Of a stretch of DNA of 64,000 nt, positions 53,071-62,497 are shown one piece after another. The notes under the pieces are model-generated. The model was given only the letters and a program-made list of their open reading frames with translations, was not told the origin of the DNA and ran no database searches. How positions within the stretch are numbered: position 1 is the first letter of the stretch; each line of letters opens with the position of its first letter. The DNA lies in NCBI GenBank assembly GCA_031459875.1, contig JAVKHQ010000018.1, forward strand, positions 1 to 64,000, in the 5' to 3' direction. The translations under genes and the position numbers were made by a program. Source of the stretch: Candidatus Fervidifonticultor sextus. Lineage in GTDB: Bacteria > Sysuimicrobiota > Sysuimicrobiia > Sysuimicrobiales > Humicultoraceae.

Positions 53071-53196
53071 GTGAGACGACACCTGCGTGCCGGGATCATG
53101 CTGGCGGGCGTGCTGACCGGTCTGGGCCTCGTCGCCCTGGCCGCGTACATTGCCTACCTGAGCAAACTCTGGAACGAGGCGGCGAACTACGAATGA
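53071..53196 (+). CDS. 41-aa single-TM small protein (below the ORF-track cutoff)
   Basis: AGGAGG RBS; MRRHLRAGIMLAGVLTGLGLVALAAYIAYLSKLWNEAANYE. Confidence 0.6.
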   Translation: MRRHLRAGIMLAGVLTGLGLVALAAYIAYLSKLWNEAANYE

Positions 53197-53683
53197 CGAT
53201 AGTAGGGCAGAACAATTCCGGCGTCGTAGTATGACCGAAATCGTCCCGCGTGCTTCCGCAACCCAGCTCTTGCGGGGTCACCGCGGTTTCAGGGAAGTCC
53301 CCGTATGGTGCGACTCGCGGTGCTAATCATCTCCGGAGGAGGAGGTCGTATGGCCGAGCTGACACTTGCGGATCTCCAGCACGCCGCCGAAGAGGCCGCT
53401 TAATTAACGGGGTAGGGAAGATCACGAGACTCCAGGTGCCGCGCCGCCTGACTGACGACACCCTTCGCTACAGCGAACTGAACGGTGTGTCGTTTCAAGT
53501 GCGACAAGGGCAAGGCGCTTAACACGGTGACCGACCAACGCGACTCCCCTGTTCAAGCTCTGCCCCAAGAAACCAAAGGGGCTCGGGGGAAATTCGGGCG
53601 GGCGAACGTGTGACTGTCGTTAGAAGAGTGTCGGATGATTTTGTCGGCGGCGCTCAAGGTCGTCGCGCGGGAGGGCTGAAGTG

Positions 53684-56107
53684 ATGACTCGCGCGGAGGG
53701 ATACGGCAGGTTGTTCAGAAAGGCCACGGGACAGGAACCCTTTCCATACCAACGGTGCCTGGCCGAGGGGCCCGAGCTCCCGTCACTCGTGCGCGCGCCC
53801 ACCGGCGCCGGCAAGACCGCAGCGGCCGTCCTGGGCTGGCTCTACCGTCGCCGCTTTCACCCCGATGATAAGGTGCGGGCTGCCACCCCACGACGGCTTG
53901 CCTACTGCCTCCCCATGAGGGTTCTGGTCGAACAGACCCTGGATGCGGTGCGCGGGTGGCTGGGGAGGCTCGGCCTCAAAGGTGAGGTGGGCGTCTTCCA
54001 ACTCATGGGTGGTGTTCTCGAAGACGACTGGGTCCGGAGCCCTGGCCGAGATGCCCTCCTCGTGGGGACCATGGACATGCTGCTCTCCCGTGCGCTTAAC
54101 CGGGGTTACGCGGCGAACCGGGCCCGCTGGCCCCTCGAGTTTGGACTTCTCAACAACGACTGCCTGTGGGTCCTGGACGAGGTCCAGCTTATGGGTAACG
54201 GGCTCGCGGCCTCTGCGCAACTGGCCGCCTTCCGGCGGGCTTTCGGCACGGCGCGGCCGTGCCCGTCGCTCTGGATGTCGGCCACGGTGGATTCGACGTG
54301 GCTCGCCACCGTGGACCATTCACCCTCGGCGTCCGCGCTCGCCCTCACCGATGCAGACCGGTCCGGACCGTTGGGTATCCGTCTCCGGGCGACCAAAACG
54401 CTCCGGCGGGTCGCAGGAGGGCGCTGGCCCGACGACGGGCCTCGGGCGATCCTGGAGCGTCACCGCTTCGGGACACTCACCCTGGTCGTGGTGAACACGG
54501 TCGAGAGAGCGCGGAAGCTCCACGCGGCGCTCGAGCGGGCCGCTCCCGACGGCCTCGAGGTGAGGCTCCTCCACTCCCGTTTCCGCCCCCCGGATCGCCG
54601 TGCGGCGGTGAACGCGGCGCTGCGACCCATCGAGGGCACGGGCCGGATTGTGGTTGCCACCCAGGTGGTGGAGGCGGGCGTGGACGTGTCGGCCGCGACA
54701 CTGATCACGGAACTCGCTCCCTGGACGTCGCTTGTCCAGCGGTTTGGACGGTGCAACCGGTTCGGCGAGCACGAAGCCGGTGAGGTCTGGTGGATCGACC
54801 TCGCCACGGAGAGAGAGGTGGCCCCCTACGAACCTGAGGAACTGCGAGACGCACGCAAACGGTTGCGCGGCCTCGAGGGCCGCTCGGTGAACCCGGAAGC
54901 ACTGGAGGGATTAGAACCGGGGAAGCCGCCAGCGGTCCGCCATGTGCTCAGAAGGCCAGACCTCCTCGATCTCTTCGACACCGAGCCGGACCTTGCGGGT
55001 CACGACGTCGACGTCTCGCGCTTTATCCGCGACGACGCTGACGTCGACGTGCAGGTGTTCTGGCGGCGGTGGGAGGGAGACGCCCCGCCCGCCGACTTGT
55101 CCGGAGCATTGCCAGACGAGCTCTGCCCGGTGCCCGTCTGGGAAGTGCGCGAGTTCCTCTTCGGACGCGGCCGGCGGACTAGCGGGCGGATTGGCTACGT
55201 CTGGGACCACCTGGATCGCACCTGGCGACCGCTCACGGCTGAAGCACTCCGCCCTGGGATCGTGCTCCTCCTGCCCGCAGAGGCCGGTGGCTACAGCCCT
55301 GACGCCGGTTGGGACCGCGACAGGACCAGCCCCATAAACTTGGTGGTTGCCGCGGGGTCGCCCTCGCCCGAGGAGGGCTTAGACGACGAGCCTTCGGAGG
55401 AGGTGGCGGGAGCCTGGGTGACGCTTTCCGACCATCTAGGCCACGTAGAGCGGCGACTCGAAGAGCTTGCGGCGTCGGTCGGACCGGAGGTGGAGCCGTG
55501 GGTTCGGAAGGCGTCCAGCGTGGCTGCCCGGTGGCATGACGTGGGGAAGGCGCACCCCGTGTTCCAGCAGGCTCTTCTGGCTGGGGTCCCCGACGACGAG
55601 CGGGCCGTCCGCCAGGGAACCCTTTGGGCCAAGTCAGCCCTGACCGACCGACGTCTCGACTATAAGCGGCGGCACTTCAGGCACGAGCTGGCCAGCGCGC
55701 TCGCGCTCCTGGCCGCACCAGCGGAAGTCCACGGCCTGGGGGGGGAGGCACTGGACCTGGCCGCTTACCTCGCGGCTGCCCACCACGGCAAGGTGCGGAT
55801 GGCCATCCGGGCTCTCAGCGGAGAGAGGCGTCCGACGGAGGCGGGGCGACGCTTCGCCCGGGGCGTGTGGGACGGCGACCTCCTCGGGCCGCTTCAGCTG
55901 AACGGCGCCGTTCTCCCCAGGATTACGCTCGACCTTGGCGTCATGGAGGCGGGGCGCGGTCCTGACGGGCGGCTGTCCTGGTCGGAACGGGTGCTCCGGC
56001 TTCGCGACCGGCTGGGACCGTTCGTTCTCGCGTACCTCGAGGCGTTCCTGCGCGTGGCGGACTGGGAGGCCAGCGCTAACGAAGCATCCGGCGAGGGAGG
56101 TGACTGA
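53684..56107 (+). CDS. cas3: Type I-G Cas3 (SF2 helicase with C-terminal HD nuclease)
   Basis: APTGAGKT, LPMRVLVEQ, MLLSRALNRGY, DEVQ, MSAT, QRFGRCNR; C-terminal DH...WHDVGKA, RHELAS, AHHGK. Confidence 0.95.
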   Translation: MTRAEGYGRLFRKATGQEPFPYQRCLAEGPELPSLVRAPTGAGKTAAAVLGWLYRRRFHPDDKVRAATPRRLAYCLPMRVLVEQTLDAVRGWLGRLGLKGEVGVFQLMGGVLEDDWVRSPGRDALLVGTMDMLLSRALNRGYAANRARWPLEFGLLNNDCLWVLDEVQLMGNGLAASAQLAAFRRAFGTARPCPSLWMSATVDSTWLATVDHSPSASALALTDADRSGPLGIRLRATKTLRRVAGGRWPDDGPRAILERHRFGTLTLVVVNTVERARKLHAALERAAPDGLEVRLLHSRFRPPDRRAAVNAALRPIEGTGRIVVATQVVEAGVDVSAATLITELAPWTSLVQRFGRCNRFGEHEAGEVWWIDLATEREVAPYEPEELRDARKRLRGLEGRSVNPEALEGLEPGKPPAVRHVLRRPDLLDLFDTEPDLAGHDVDVSRFIRDDADVDVQVFWRRWEGDAPPADLSGALPDELCPVPVWEVREFLFGRGRRTSGRIGYVWDHLDRTWRPLTAEALRPGIVLLLPAEAGGYSPDAGWDRDRTSPINLVVAAGSPSPEEGLDDEPSEEVAGAWVTLSDHLGHVERRLEELAASVGPEVEPWVRKASSVAARWHDVGKAHPVFQQALLAGVPDDERAVRQGTLWAKSALTDRRLDYKRRHFRHELASALALLAAPAEVHGLGGEALDLAAYLAAAHHGKVRMAIRALSGERRPTEAGRRFARGVWDGDLLGPLQLNGAVLPRITLDLGVMEAGRGPDGRLSWSERVLRLRDRLGPFVLAYLEAFLRVADWEASANEASGEGGD

Positions 56108-56108
56108 G

Positions 56109-58277
56109 GTGCCTGAGGTACGGCTCTCGGGGTGCCAGCCGGAGCCCCTGGCGAGCTACCTGAAGGCCCTGGGGGTGCTCAAGGTGGTAGGGGAGCAGGG
56201 CGACCCCGAGGCCGTGGGGTGGTGGGACGGTCACGATTTCGTGCTCGCAGGCAAACTTTCGAAAGATGAGCTCGTCCGGTTTTTCTCACAGGACTACCGA
56301 CCCACGCCGATCCTCGCTCCCTGGAACAAGGACAGCGGTTTCTACCGGACCGACACGGCCATCGAGGCCATCGAGCGCACTACCGATCCGCGTCTCAAGG
56401 AGTTCCGGCGAGCGATCGAGGTAGCGCGCCAGGTCCTCGACGAATTCGGGTGGAGCACGGCACCGGGGAGCGGGACGGAGAAGATGGCCTTTGTGGCGGC
56501 GCTCCGTTCGCGTCTGCCGGACGGCTGCCTGGAGGGCCTGGACGCCATGGTGGCCTTGGTCGGAGATGACCTGTCGTGGGCCCCGCTGTTCGTGGCGGGC
56601 GGGGTGGACGGACGCTTCGAGTTCACTCGCCGCTACGCCGAGTCGGTGCTGGCTGCCCTTGACATCGCCGGCGGGCGCCGTTGCCGAGGCGGGCGGCGAT
56701 CATCGCGCGGGACGAGTGCCCCCTCTTCGGCACCCGGCCTCCGCATGGCGCTCTTCGGCGAGCCCGAGCCGGGCGTGGCGGAGGAGGACACGGGCGGCCT
56801 CCTGGCACCCGGCAGCGTGGACGCCCCGAACGCCTCGGAGGGATTCGTGGGCCCAAAACGGCTCAACCCCTGGAACTACGTGCTCGCCCTCGAGGGGGCA
56901 GTCGTCCTCGCCGGGTCCGTGTCTCGCCGGTTCGGGTCGAACTTGACCCGTGCCGCCTTCCCGTTCGCGGTGAGCGCCAGCGCTGCTGGGCACGCCGGGG
57001 TGGGCACTGAGGCCTCGCGCGGAGAGGTCTGGTTACCCCTCTGGGAACAACCCCTCACGGCCCGAGAGGCCAGGCAGCTGTTCCGCGAGGGGCGGGCCGA
57101 GTGGGCAGGGCGGCTCGCGAGCACGGCCGCCGACATGGCGCGGGCTCTCGTCTCTCTCGGTGTGGACCGCGGGCTTCGGGAATTTCGCCGGTACGGCATA
57201 CAGGGCAGGAGTGGCAGGAGCTACCTCGCTGTTGCCCTGGGCCGCTGGCCGGTCGTGGCTCGGCCCGAGGCACCCCTTCTCGCGCAACTAGACGAATTTC
57301 TCGGGGAGCTGCGCGTGGCGGCCTCCCGCAGGAACGCCCCGGCGGCCCTCACCGACGCGCTGCGGCGCGTGGATGCCGCTATCCTGAACTACACAGCCTT
57401 CGGGAGTCGAGATCGCCTGATCGAGGTGCTCGTAGCCACCTCTCAGGCGGAGCACACGTTGGCCCGCCGGCCAGGAGCACGACGAGGTGGTACACCCCGC
57501 CCCCTACCCGGACTCAGCCCCGACTGGGTGGGTGCCGTGGACGACGGGTCGGTGGAGTTCGAGCTGGCCGCCGCCGTAGCCTCGCTGAAACCGGCTGAGT
57601 CCGGTCCGGGCCCTTTTCGTCGGCACCTGGAGCCGCTACTCCTGCGACGGGGGCGATGGGAGTGGGCCGATACGGTGCCCCATGAGGTGGTGTGGTCGGG
57701 CCGCGACGTCCTGCTCGACATGGCCGCCGTACTTGAGCGTAGGCTGGTAGACGCAGCGCGGGAGAGCGTGGTCCCGCCCCTGGACGGATGGGTGAGGGCT
57801 CACCCGTCCGCGGTTGCCGCTCTGGTGGAAGGAGAGGTGGACCTGGCGCGCCTGGCGCGGCTCTGTGAGGCGCTGACCCTGGTCAATTGGCGTGATGCCG
57901 CAGGTGGCTCTTGGCTGTCCGGACGACGGTATCCTTCCCCGGTGGGGGCCTCGAGCTACCCGGTCCTCAAACTCGTCCTACTCGGACGACCGTTCCAAGC
58001 GGGGGAGGTGCAGGTCGTGATCCGGCCGGACCAGACAACCCTCGGGTTGCTGCGGGCCGGGAACGTCTGGGGCGCCGCCGCCCGGGCGGCGCGGCGGTTG
58101 CGCGCCGCGGGATTGTCTGTCCGGGGCATTCCGGACGAGGGGGCGAGCGCGCCCATTCGCCAGGATCCCGAGCTCGGGCAGCGGCTGCTCGCAGCGTTGC
58201 TGGTCCCGGTGTGGGAGGCCCCACTGCTTCGCCAGGCATTGGTGGAAGAAGAGAGACTGGAGGAGGTAGGAGCATGA
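56109..58277 (+). CDS. cas8g: Type I-G large subunit Cas8g (Csx17)
   Basis: LSGCQPEPLASYLKALG, PTPILAPWN, NPWNYVLALEG, RGEVWLPLW, EGRA, LGVDRG. Confidence 0.92.
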   Translation: MPEVRLSGCQPEPLASYLKALGVLKVVGEQGDPEAVGWWDGHDFVLAGKLSKDELVRFFSQDYRPTPILAPWNKDSGFYRTDTAIEAIERTTDPRLKEFRRAIEVARQVLDEFGWSTAPGSGTEKMAFVAALRSRLPDGCLEGLDAMVALVGDDLSWAPLFVAGGVDGRFEFTRRYAESVLAALDIAGGRRCRGGRRSSRGTSAPSSAPGLRMALFGEPEPGVAEEDTGGLLAPGSVDAPNASEGFVGPKRLNPWNYVLALEGAVVLAGSVSRRFGSNLTRAAFPFAVSASAAGHAGVGTEASRGEVWLPLWEQPLTAREARQLFREGRAEWAGRLASTAADMARALVSLGVDRGLREFRRYGIQGRSGRSYLAVALGRWPVVARPEAPLLAQLDEFLGELRVAASRRNAPAALTDALRRVDAAILNYTAFGSRDRLIEVLVATSQAEHTLARRPGARRGGTPRPLPGLSPDWVGAVDDGSVEFELAAAVASLKPAESGPGPFRRHLEPLLLRRGRWEWADTVPHEVVWSGRDVLLDMAAVLERRLVDAARESVVPPLDGWVRAHPSAVAALVEGEVDLARLARLCEALTLVNWRDAAGGSWLSGRRYPSPVGASSYPVLKLVLLGRPFQAGEVQVVIRPDQTTLGLLRAGNVWGAAARAARRLRAAGLSVRGIPDEGASAPIRQDPELGQRLLAALLVPVWEAPLLRQALVEEERLEEVGA

Positions 58278-59368
58278 GTCTGCTGGAGACCATCGAGTCG
58301 CGGATCCTGATCGAGGCCGACCTTTGGCCCCTCCAAGGGGAGCGGTTCCAGCCCACGGGATTTCCGGACTTGGGGGCGGCGGTCTACCGGCTTCCCGACG
58401 GGACGCAGAAGCTCCTCGTGGAGTCGCCACAGTCCATGGCGAACCGGCTGGAGGCCGTCTGCTGGGATGAGGCCAACAACGACCTCGTCGATGAGTTGCG
58501 AGGTCTGCCGTACGTCCGCATCGACCTCGGCCGCTTCGGCATTACCTCTTCGATTCTCGAGTTCCACCGGCTCAACTCGCCTTACATCTGGGAACTGGAG
58601 GGCGATGCGCGCCGGCAGCGGTTCCAGGAGGCTGTGTACCGCGAGCTGGGCGTGGAGGGTCGGCGAGCACCGCGCCGCGGCCGTGGCGCGGATGAGGAGC
58701 AGGAGGGGCGTACGGACGTGCCTGGGGTCGTGGACGTCCGGCGCTTGACGCGCCTCTGCCTCCGCTACGACCCGAACTCCATCGTCCACGGCGTGTTCCT
58801 CGAGAAGATCGCAGGGCGGTTCCGGCTTCCCCGAGCGCTCTCCGCGTTCATCGAAGCCACCAATGTGGCCCCCGCCGAGTCGGGGGGCGTGAAGTTTGAC
58901 CGCGTCTTCCCGGAAGCAGATCGGGGGCGTGGCATCCAGTCGGAGCAGGGATTTGCCAACGTTCCCTTCCCGCGGACCGAGTTCACCGCAACAAGTATCA
59001 CCTCCTACTTCAATCTCGACCTCGCGCTTCTGCGATCCTACGGCCTGCCCCCCGAGGGGGAGCGACTCGTGCGATGCCTCGCGCTCTGGAAGGTCCGGCG
59101 GTTCCTGGACGGGGGCCTGAGGCTTCGGACTGCGTGCGACCTCGAGTGCCGGGCGGTTCGCGTGACGCGCCCGGCGGGCGATGGCCTCCCGGCCGGTCCC
59201 GAGATGGACGCCGCGGTTCGAGAGGCCATCCAGGCCTGTGGTCGCGCCGGCTGCTTCGCCGACCCGCCGGTCACTGAGGTCCAGACACGAGTGCCCGAGC
59301 GATCTGGGGCCAGGCGCCGCGGGGCGGGCGAGAAGGCCGAGGATCGGGAGGAAGACGAGGGGGCTTGA
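58274..59368 (+). CDS. cas7g: Type I-G Cas7g (Csb1)
   Basis: RFQPTGFPDLGAA, LVESPQSMANRLE, HRLNSPY, DPNSIVHG, LRLRTACDL. Confidence 0.93.
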   Translation: MSLLETIESRILIEADLWPLQGERFQPTGFPDLGAAVYRLPDGTQKLLVESPQSMANRLEAVCWDEANNDLVDELRGLPYVRIDLGRFGITSSILEFHRLNSPYIWELEGDARRQRFQEAVYRELGVEGRRAPRRGRGADEEQEGRTDVPGVVDVRRLTRLCLRYDPNSIVHGVFLEKIAGRFRLPRALSAFIEATNVAPAESGGVKFDRVFPEADRGRGIQSEQGFANVPFPRTEFTATSITSYFNLDLALLRSYGLPPEGERLVRCLALWKVRRFLDGGLRLRTACDLECRAVRVTRPAGDGLPAGPEMDAAVREAIQACGRAGCFADPPVTEVQTRVPERSGARRRGAGEKAEDREEDEGA

Positions 59369-59396
59369 GGAGCCGCGCGCCCATAGGAGGTGGACC

Positions 59397-60806
59397 GTGT
59401 CGACCGCTATTGAGGTTAGGCTTCTGGCCGGGCGGTTCCACGCCACGCCCTGGGGCCGGCACGTCAACGAGGCGGCCCTGGAGTGGCCACCGGCTCCGTG
59501 GAGGATCCTGAGGGCGCTGGCGGCGGGGCTGGCGCGTGCAGGGGCAGATACGGATCGCTGCTGTCGCCTCCTGGCGCCGCTTCTCGGTGCGCCCGCATAC
59601 CACCTACCCCATGCCTCCGCGGCGCACATCCGCCACTTCATGCCGTGGGAGAAACAGCCGGGCACCCCGGAGAAAGTGCTCGTGTTCGACGCCTTCGTGG
59701 TGACGCGCGAGCCGCTCGTGGTGTGCTGGGACGCCGACGTGCAAGATCAGGAAGCGCTCGAGAAGGCGCTGGAGCGGGTGGGGTACCTGGGTCGATCCCA
59801 ATCGTGGGCGGAGCTGCGGCTCCTGGAGCGGCCGCCCGAACGCGGGCCGAACTGCGTACTGGCAGGGCCGGGCCAGGTGCGGGAGGATGAAGAGGTCGTG
59901 GAACTCCTCGCCCCGGACCCCACCGACCCGCACGCGGCGTTGAAGGCGCTCTTCGTGACCACCGACGAGGTGCGTAAAGCCGGCCTCGACCGGCCCCTCG
60001 GTAGCCGCTGGCTGCGGTACCGCCGCCCGCGCATCGTGATCGACCCGCTGCCGTCGCGGCCTTCCCAGCGGACGGCTGGTGGGATGCTGCCCACGACCGC
60101 GGTGTACCTGGCTGAGGGGGCTGCCCCCCCTCCCATCACAGAGGCTCTGTACGTCTCTGAGCTCTTTCGCAGGAGTGTCATGGCGTGGTACGGCCGGCTG
60201 AATGAGAGGGCCACATCGTCTGTCCTTTCGGGGAAAGACGCCCTCGGTCGGCCGCTGGAAGGCCACCGTCATGCCTTCTACCTCGCCATTGATGTGGATG
60301 GCGACCGCCGGATCGACCGGGTTGTGATTCACGCCCCTGCGGGTCTTGGGCGGTCTGAGCGGGAGGCGCTTGCAGCGGTCCGGACGCTTGAGTCTGGCAG
60401 GGGAAGGCCGCCACTGCACCTGCATCTCCTCGGCTTCGGGACGCCGGAGCGCTTTACCTCTCAGGCCTTCGGCCCCGCCCGCAGGTGGCGTTCGCACACG
60501 CCCTTCCTCTTGGTCCGCCACCCGAAGGTTCGCGGCGCGGCAGAAGCCCGACGCATCCTCGACAATCCTGCGGACCAGGTGCTCCTAGAGCTGGAACGCA
60601 GAAGGATGCCGCGACCCACCTCAATCAGGCCCGTCCGCGGACCAGGCTTCCAGTGGCTCGAGTTCCGGACCCACCGGTCGGGCGACGCAGGCCCACCCGG
60701 AGCGTGGGGGTTCGAGCTGGAATTCGCAGAGCCCGTGGCCGGGCCCATCGCCCTCGGCCGCCACTGCCACTTCGGAATGGGTGTGTTCCTGCCCGCCGAG
60801 CCATGA
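59397..60806 (+). CDS. csb2: Type I-G Csb2 (Cas5/Cas6 fusion)
   Basis: GRFHATPWG..EWPPAPWRILRAL, YLGRSQSW, GHRHA, C-terminal GPIALGRHCHFGMGVF. Confidence 0.93.
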   Translation: MSTAIEVRLLAGRFHATPWGRHVNEAALEWPPAPWRILRALAAGLARAGADTDRCCRLLAPLLGAPAYHLPHASAAHIRHFMPWEKQPGTPEKVLVFDAFVVTREPLVVCWDADVQDQEALEKALERVGYLGRSQSWAELRLLERPPERGPNCVLAGPGQVREDEEVVELLAPDPTDPHAALKALFVTTDEVRKAGLDRPLGSRWLRYRRPRIVIDPLPSRPSQRTAGGMLPTTAVYLAEGAAPPPITEALYVSELFRRSVMAWYGRLNERATSSVLSGKDALGRPLEGHRHAFYLAIDVDGDRRIDRVVIHAPAGLGRSEREALAAVRTLESGRGRPPLHLHLLGFGTPERFTSQAFGPARRWRSHTPFLLVRHPKVRGAAEARRILDNPADQVLLELERRRMPRPTSIRPVRGPGFQWLEFRTHRSGDAGPPGAWGFELEFAEPVAGPIALGRHCHFGMGVFLPAEP

Positions 60807-62497
60807 TGCTGCTTACGATTCTGGGACAGGAGGCACGGGACGCTGTGTACGCCCTCGGGAGCAGCCACCATCGGGCGCCACTAGCCCCCCTGGCCATCGT
60901 GCACCTGCGCGGCGGTTTCAGCCGTGTGATCGCTTTTTGCACGCCGGAGGCGGAGGAGAGGACCCTACCCGTCCTCCAGAAGGGGCTCCCGCAGGGCGTA
61001 GTCGTGGAGCCAAGGCCGATTTCGTTACCGACGACCGACGCAGGCATCGCGCCTTTCTTGGAGAAGGTGGGCGAGGCGATCCAGGATGCCGGAGGCCCGG
61101 TGATCCTGGACGTGACCCACGGACCCCGCCACTTGCCCCTTCTCGCCTTTACCACCGTTCTCTATCTCTCCGCCCTCGGGCGAGGCCGCGTAGAGGGCGT
61201 CTACTACGCCTACCTCCAGCCCGGCGGCCCCTCGCCCATCATCGATCTAACGCCCCTCCTGGAACTCGCCACCCTCGCCTTCGCCGCGGGCGAGCTCCGT
61301 CGAACCGGCAGCACCGCGGCGCTGGTTGAGCGGCTGGAAAACGACCCTTCGCAGGAAGCCAAGCATGTGCGCTCGCAGCTCCGCGCGCTCGCGGCGGCGT
61401 GCGCCTCCGGCCTGCCCCTTGAGGCAGGGTTGGAGGCGGCCCGGTTCCGCCGGGACTACCGGCGCCGCCTGGAACACTGGCTCCGCAGCCAGGAGATCCC
61501 CCTGGCAGGTGCGCTGGTACAGGCCATCGACGAGGAACTTGCCCGCGTCGCCTTGCGCGAGCACCGGCCCGCCGACGGGGAGAAGGGCGCGATCCCCTTG
61601 ACCAAAGACGAGCTGGAACGGCAGGCCCAGCTCGTTGACATCCTCTTTCAGCGCGAGGCCTACGGCCCCGCAGCCATCGCGGCCCAGGAGTGGGCCGTGT
61701 CCTGGGCGGTCCTCCAGGGTGGCGAAGCCGACCGCTGGCTCGAGAGGGAGACACGCGAGCGGGCCTTGCGCCGGCTCAACGCCCTCGCGGCGCACGCGGA
61801 AGATGCCGGGCTGCGGAACCGGCTCTCAGAGGATCAGACGCGGGTGGCCTGCTTCTGGATCGAACTCAGGGAACTGCGGAACTCCTTTGCCCACGCGGGC
61901 ATGCGAAAAGAGATCGTGGACCCCTGGCGCTCGAAGGGCAAGCTCGCTGAACTTTTGCGCCGGGTGTCCGAGGGGTGGTACTGGGCGAAGCAGATGTCGG
62001 AGGTGAGTTTGCAGATACCGGGTGCCGTGGCACGGATCCTGGTGACGCCCGTGGGCCGGATCCCCGGTGCCTTTTACACGGCCCTCGCGCAGGTCGAGTC
62101 TGTGGACCGGTGCTTCTGCGTCTGCTCGCCGGAGACCGAGGGCAACGTGGACGAAGTCCTGACGAGGGCCTCGCAGCGGCCGAAGGTGGTCCGCGTGTCG
62201 CTCGCCGACCCTTACCGCGATCTCGATGGGGCGCGCCGGCTCGCCAGGAAGGCGCGCGGCGAGCTGGCCCTGGCGGACGAGGTGGTGGTCAACCTGACGG
62301 GTGGAACCACGCTCATGGGGCTGGGGGTGGAGTGGATGGCTGAGGAGGCCAGGCGGCTCGGGCGGCGGGTGCGTCGGCTTGTGGTGCTGGACCGGCGCTC
62401 CCGGGCGGAGCAGGAACGGGACCCCTACGTGGTCGGCGAGGCCGTCTGGCTCGAGGAGGGAGGGCCGTCGGGGTGTTCCTGGTCGGGTACGACGTAG
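60803..62497 (+). CDS. csx1: Csx1-like CARF-HEPN ribonuclease with an additional C-terminal CARF-like domain
   Basis: LDVTHGPR (DxTHG), IIDLTPLL, HEPN RNSFAH; C-terminal ILVTPVGRIPG...VVVNLTGGT. Confidence 0.85.
   Translation: MMLLTILGQEARDAVYALGSSHHRAPLAPLAIVHLRGGFSRVIAFCTPEAEERTLPVLQKGLPQGVVVEPRPISLPTTDAGIAPFLEKVGEAIQDAGGPVILDVTHGPRHLPLLAFTTVLYLSALGRGRVEGVYYAYLQPGGPSPIIDLTPLLELATLAFAAGELRRTGSTAALVERLENDPSQEAKHVRSQLRALAAACASGLPLEAGLEAARFRRDYRRRLEHWLRSQEIPLAGALVQAIDEELARVALREHRPADGEKGAIPLTKDELERQAQLVDILFQREAYGPAAIAAQEWAVSWAVLQGGEADRWLERETRERALRRLNALAAHAEDAGLRNRLSEDQTRVACFWIELRELRNSFAHAGMRKEIVDPWRSKGKLAELLRRVSEGWYWAKQMSEVSLQIPGAVARILVTPVGRIPGAFYTALAQVESVDRCFCVCSPETEGNVDEVLTRASQRPKVVRVSLADPYRDLDGARRLARKARGELALADEVVVNLTGGTTLMGLGVEWMAEEARRLGRRVRRLVVLDRRSRAEQERDPYVVGEAVWLEEGGPSGCSWSGTT

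Noticed and set aside
52977..53683. Possible CRISPR array or tRNA/att site upstream of cas3
   Set aside because: No 25-40 bp repeats with regular spacers and no tRNA cloverleaf found by eye; any array must lie outside the window
53684..56107. C-terminal HD domain in Cas3 as a novelty
   Set aside because: This is the normal architecture for type I-G
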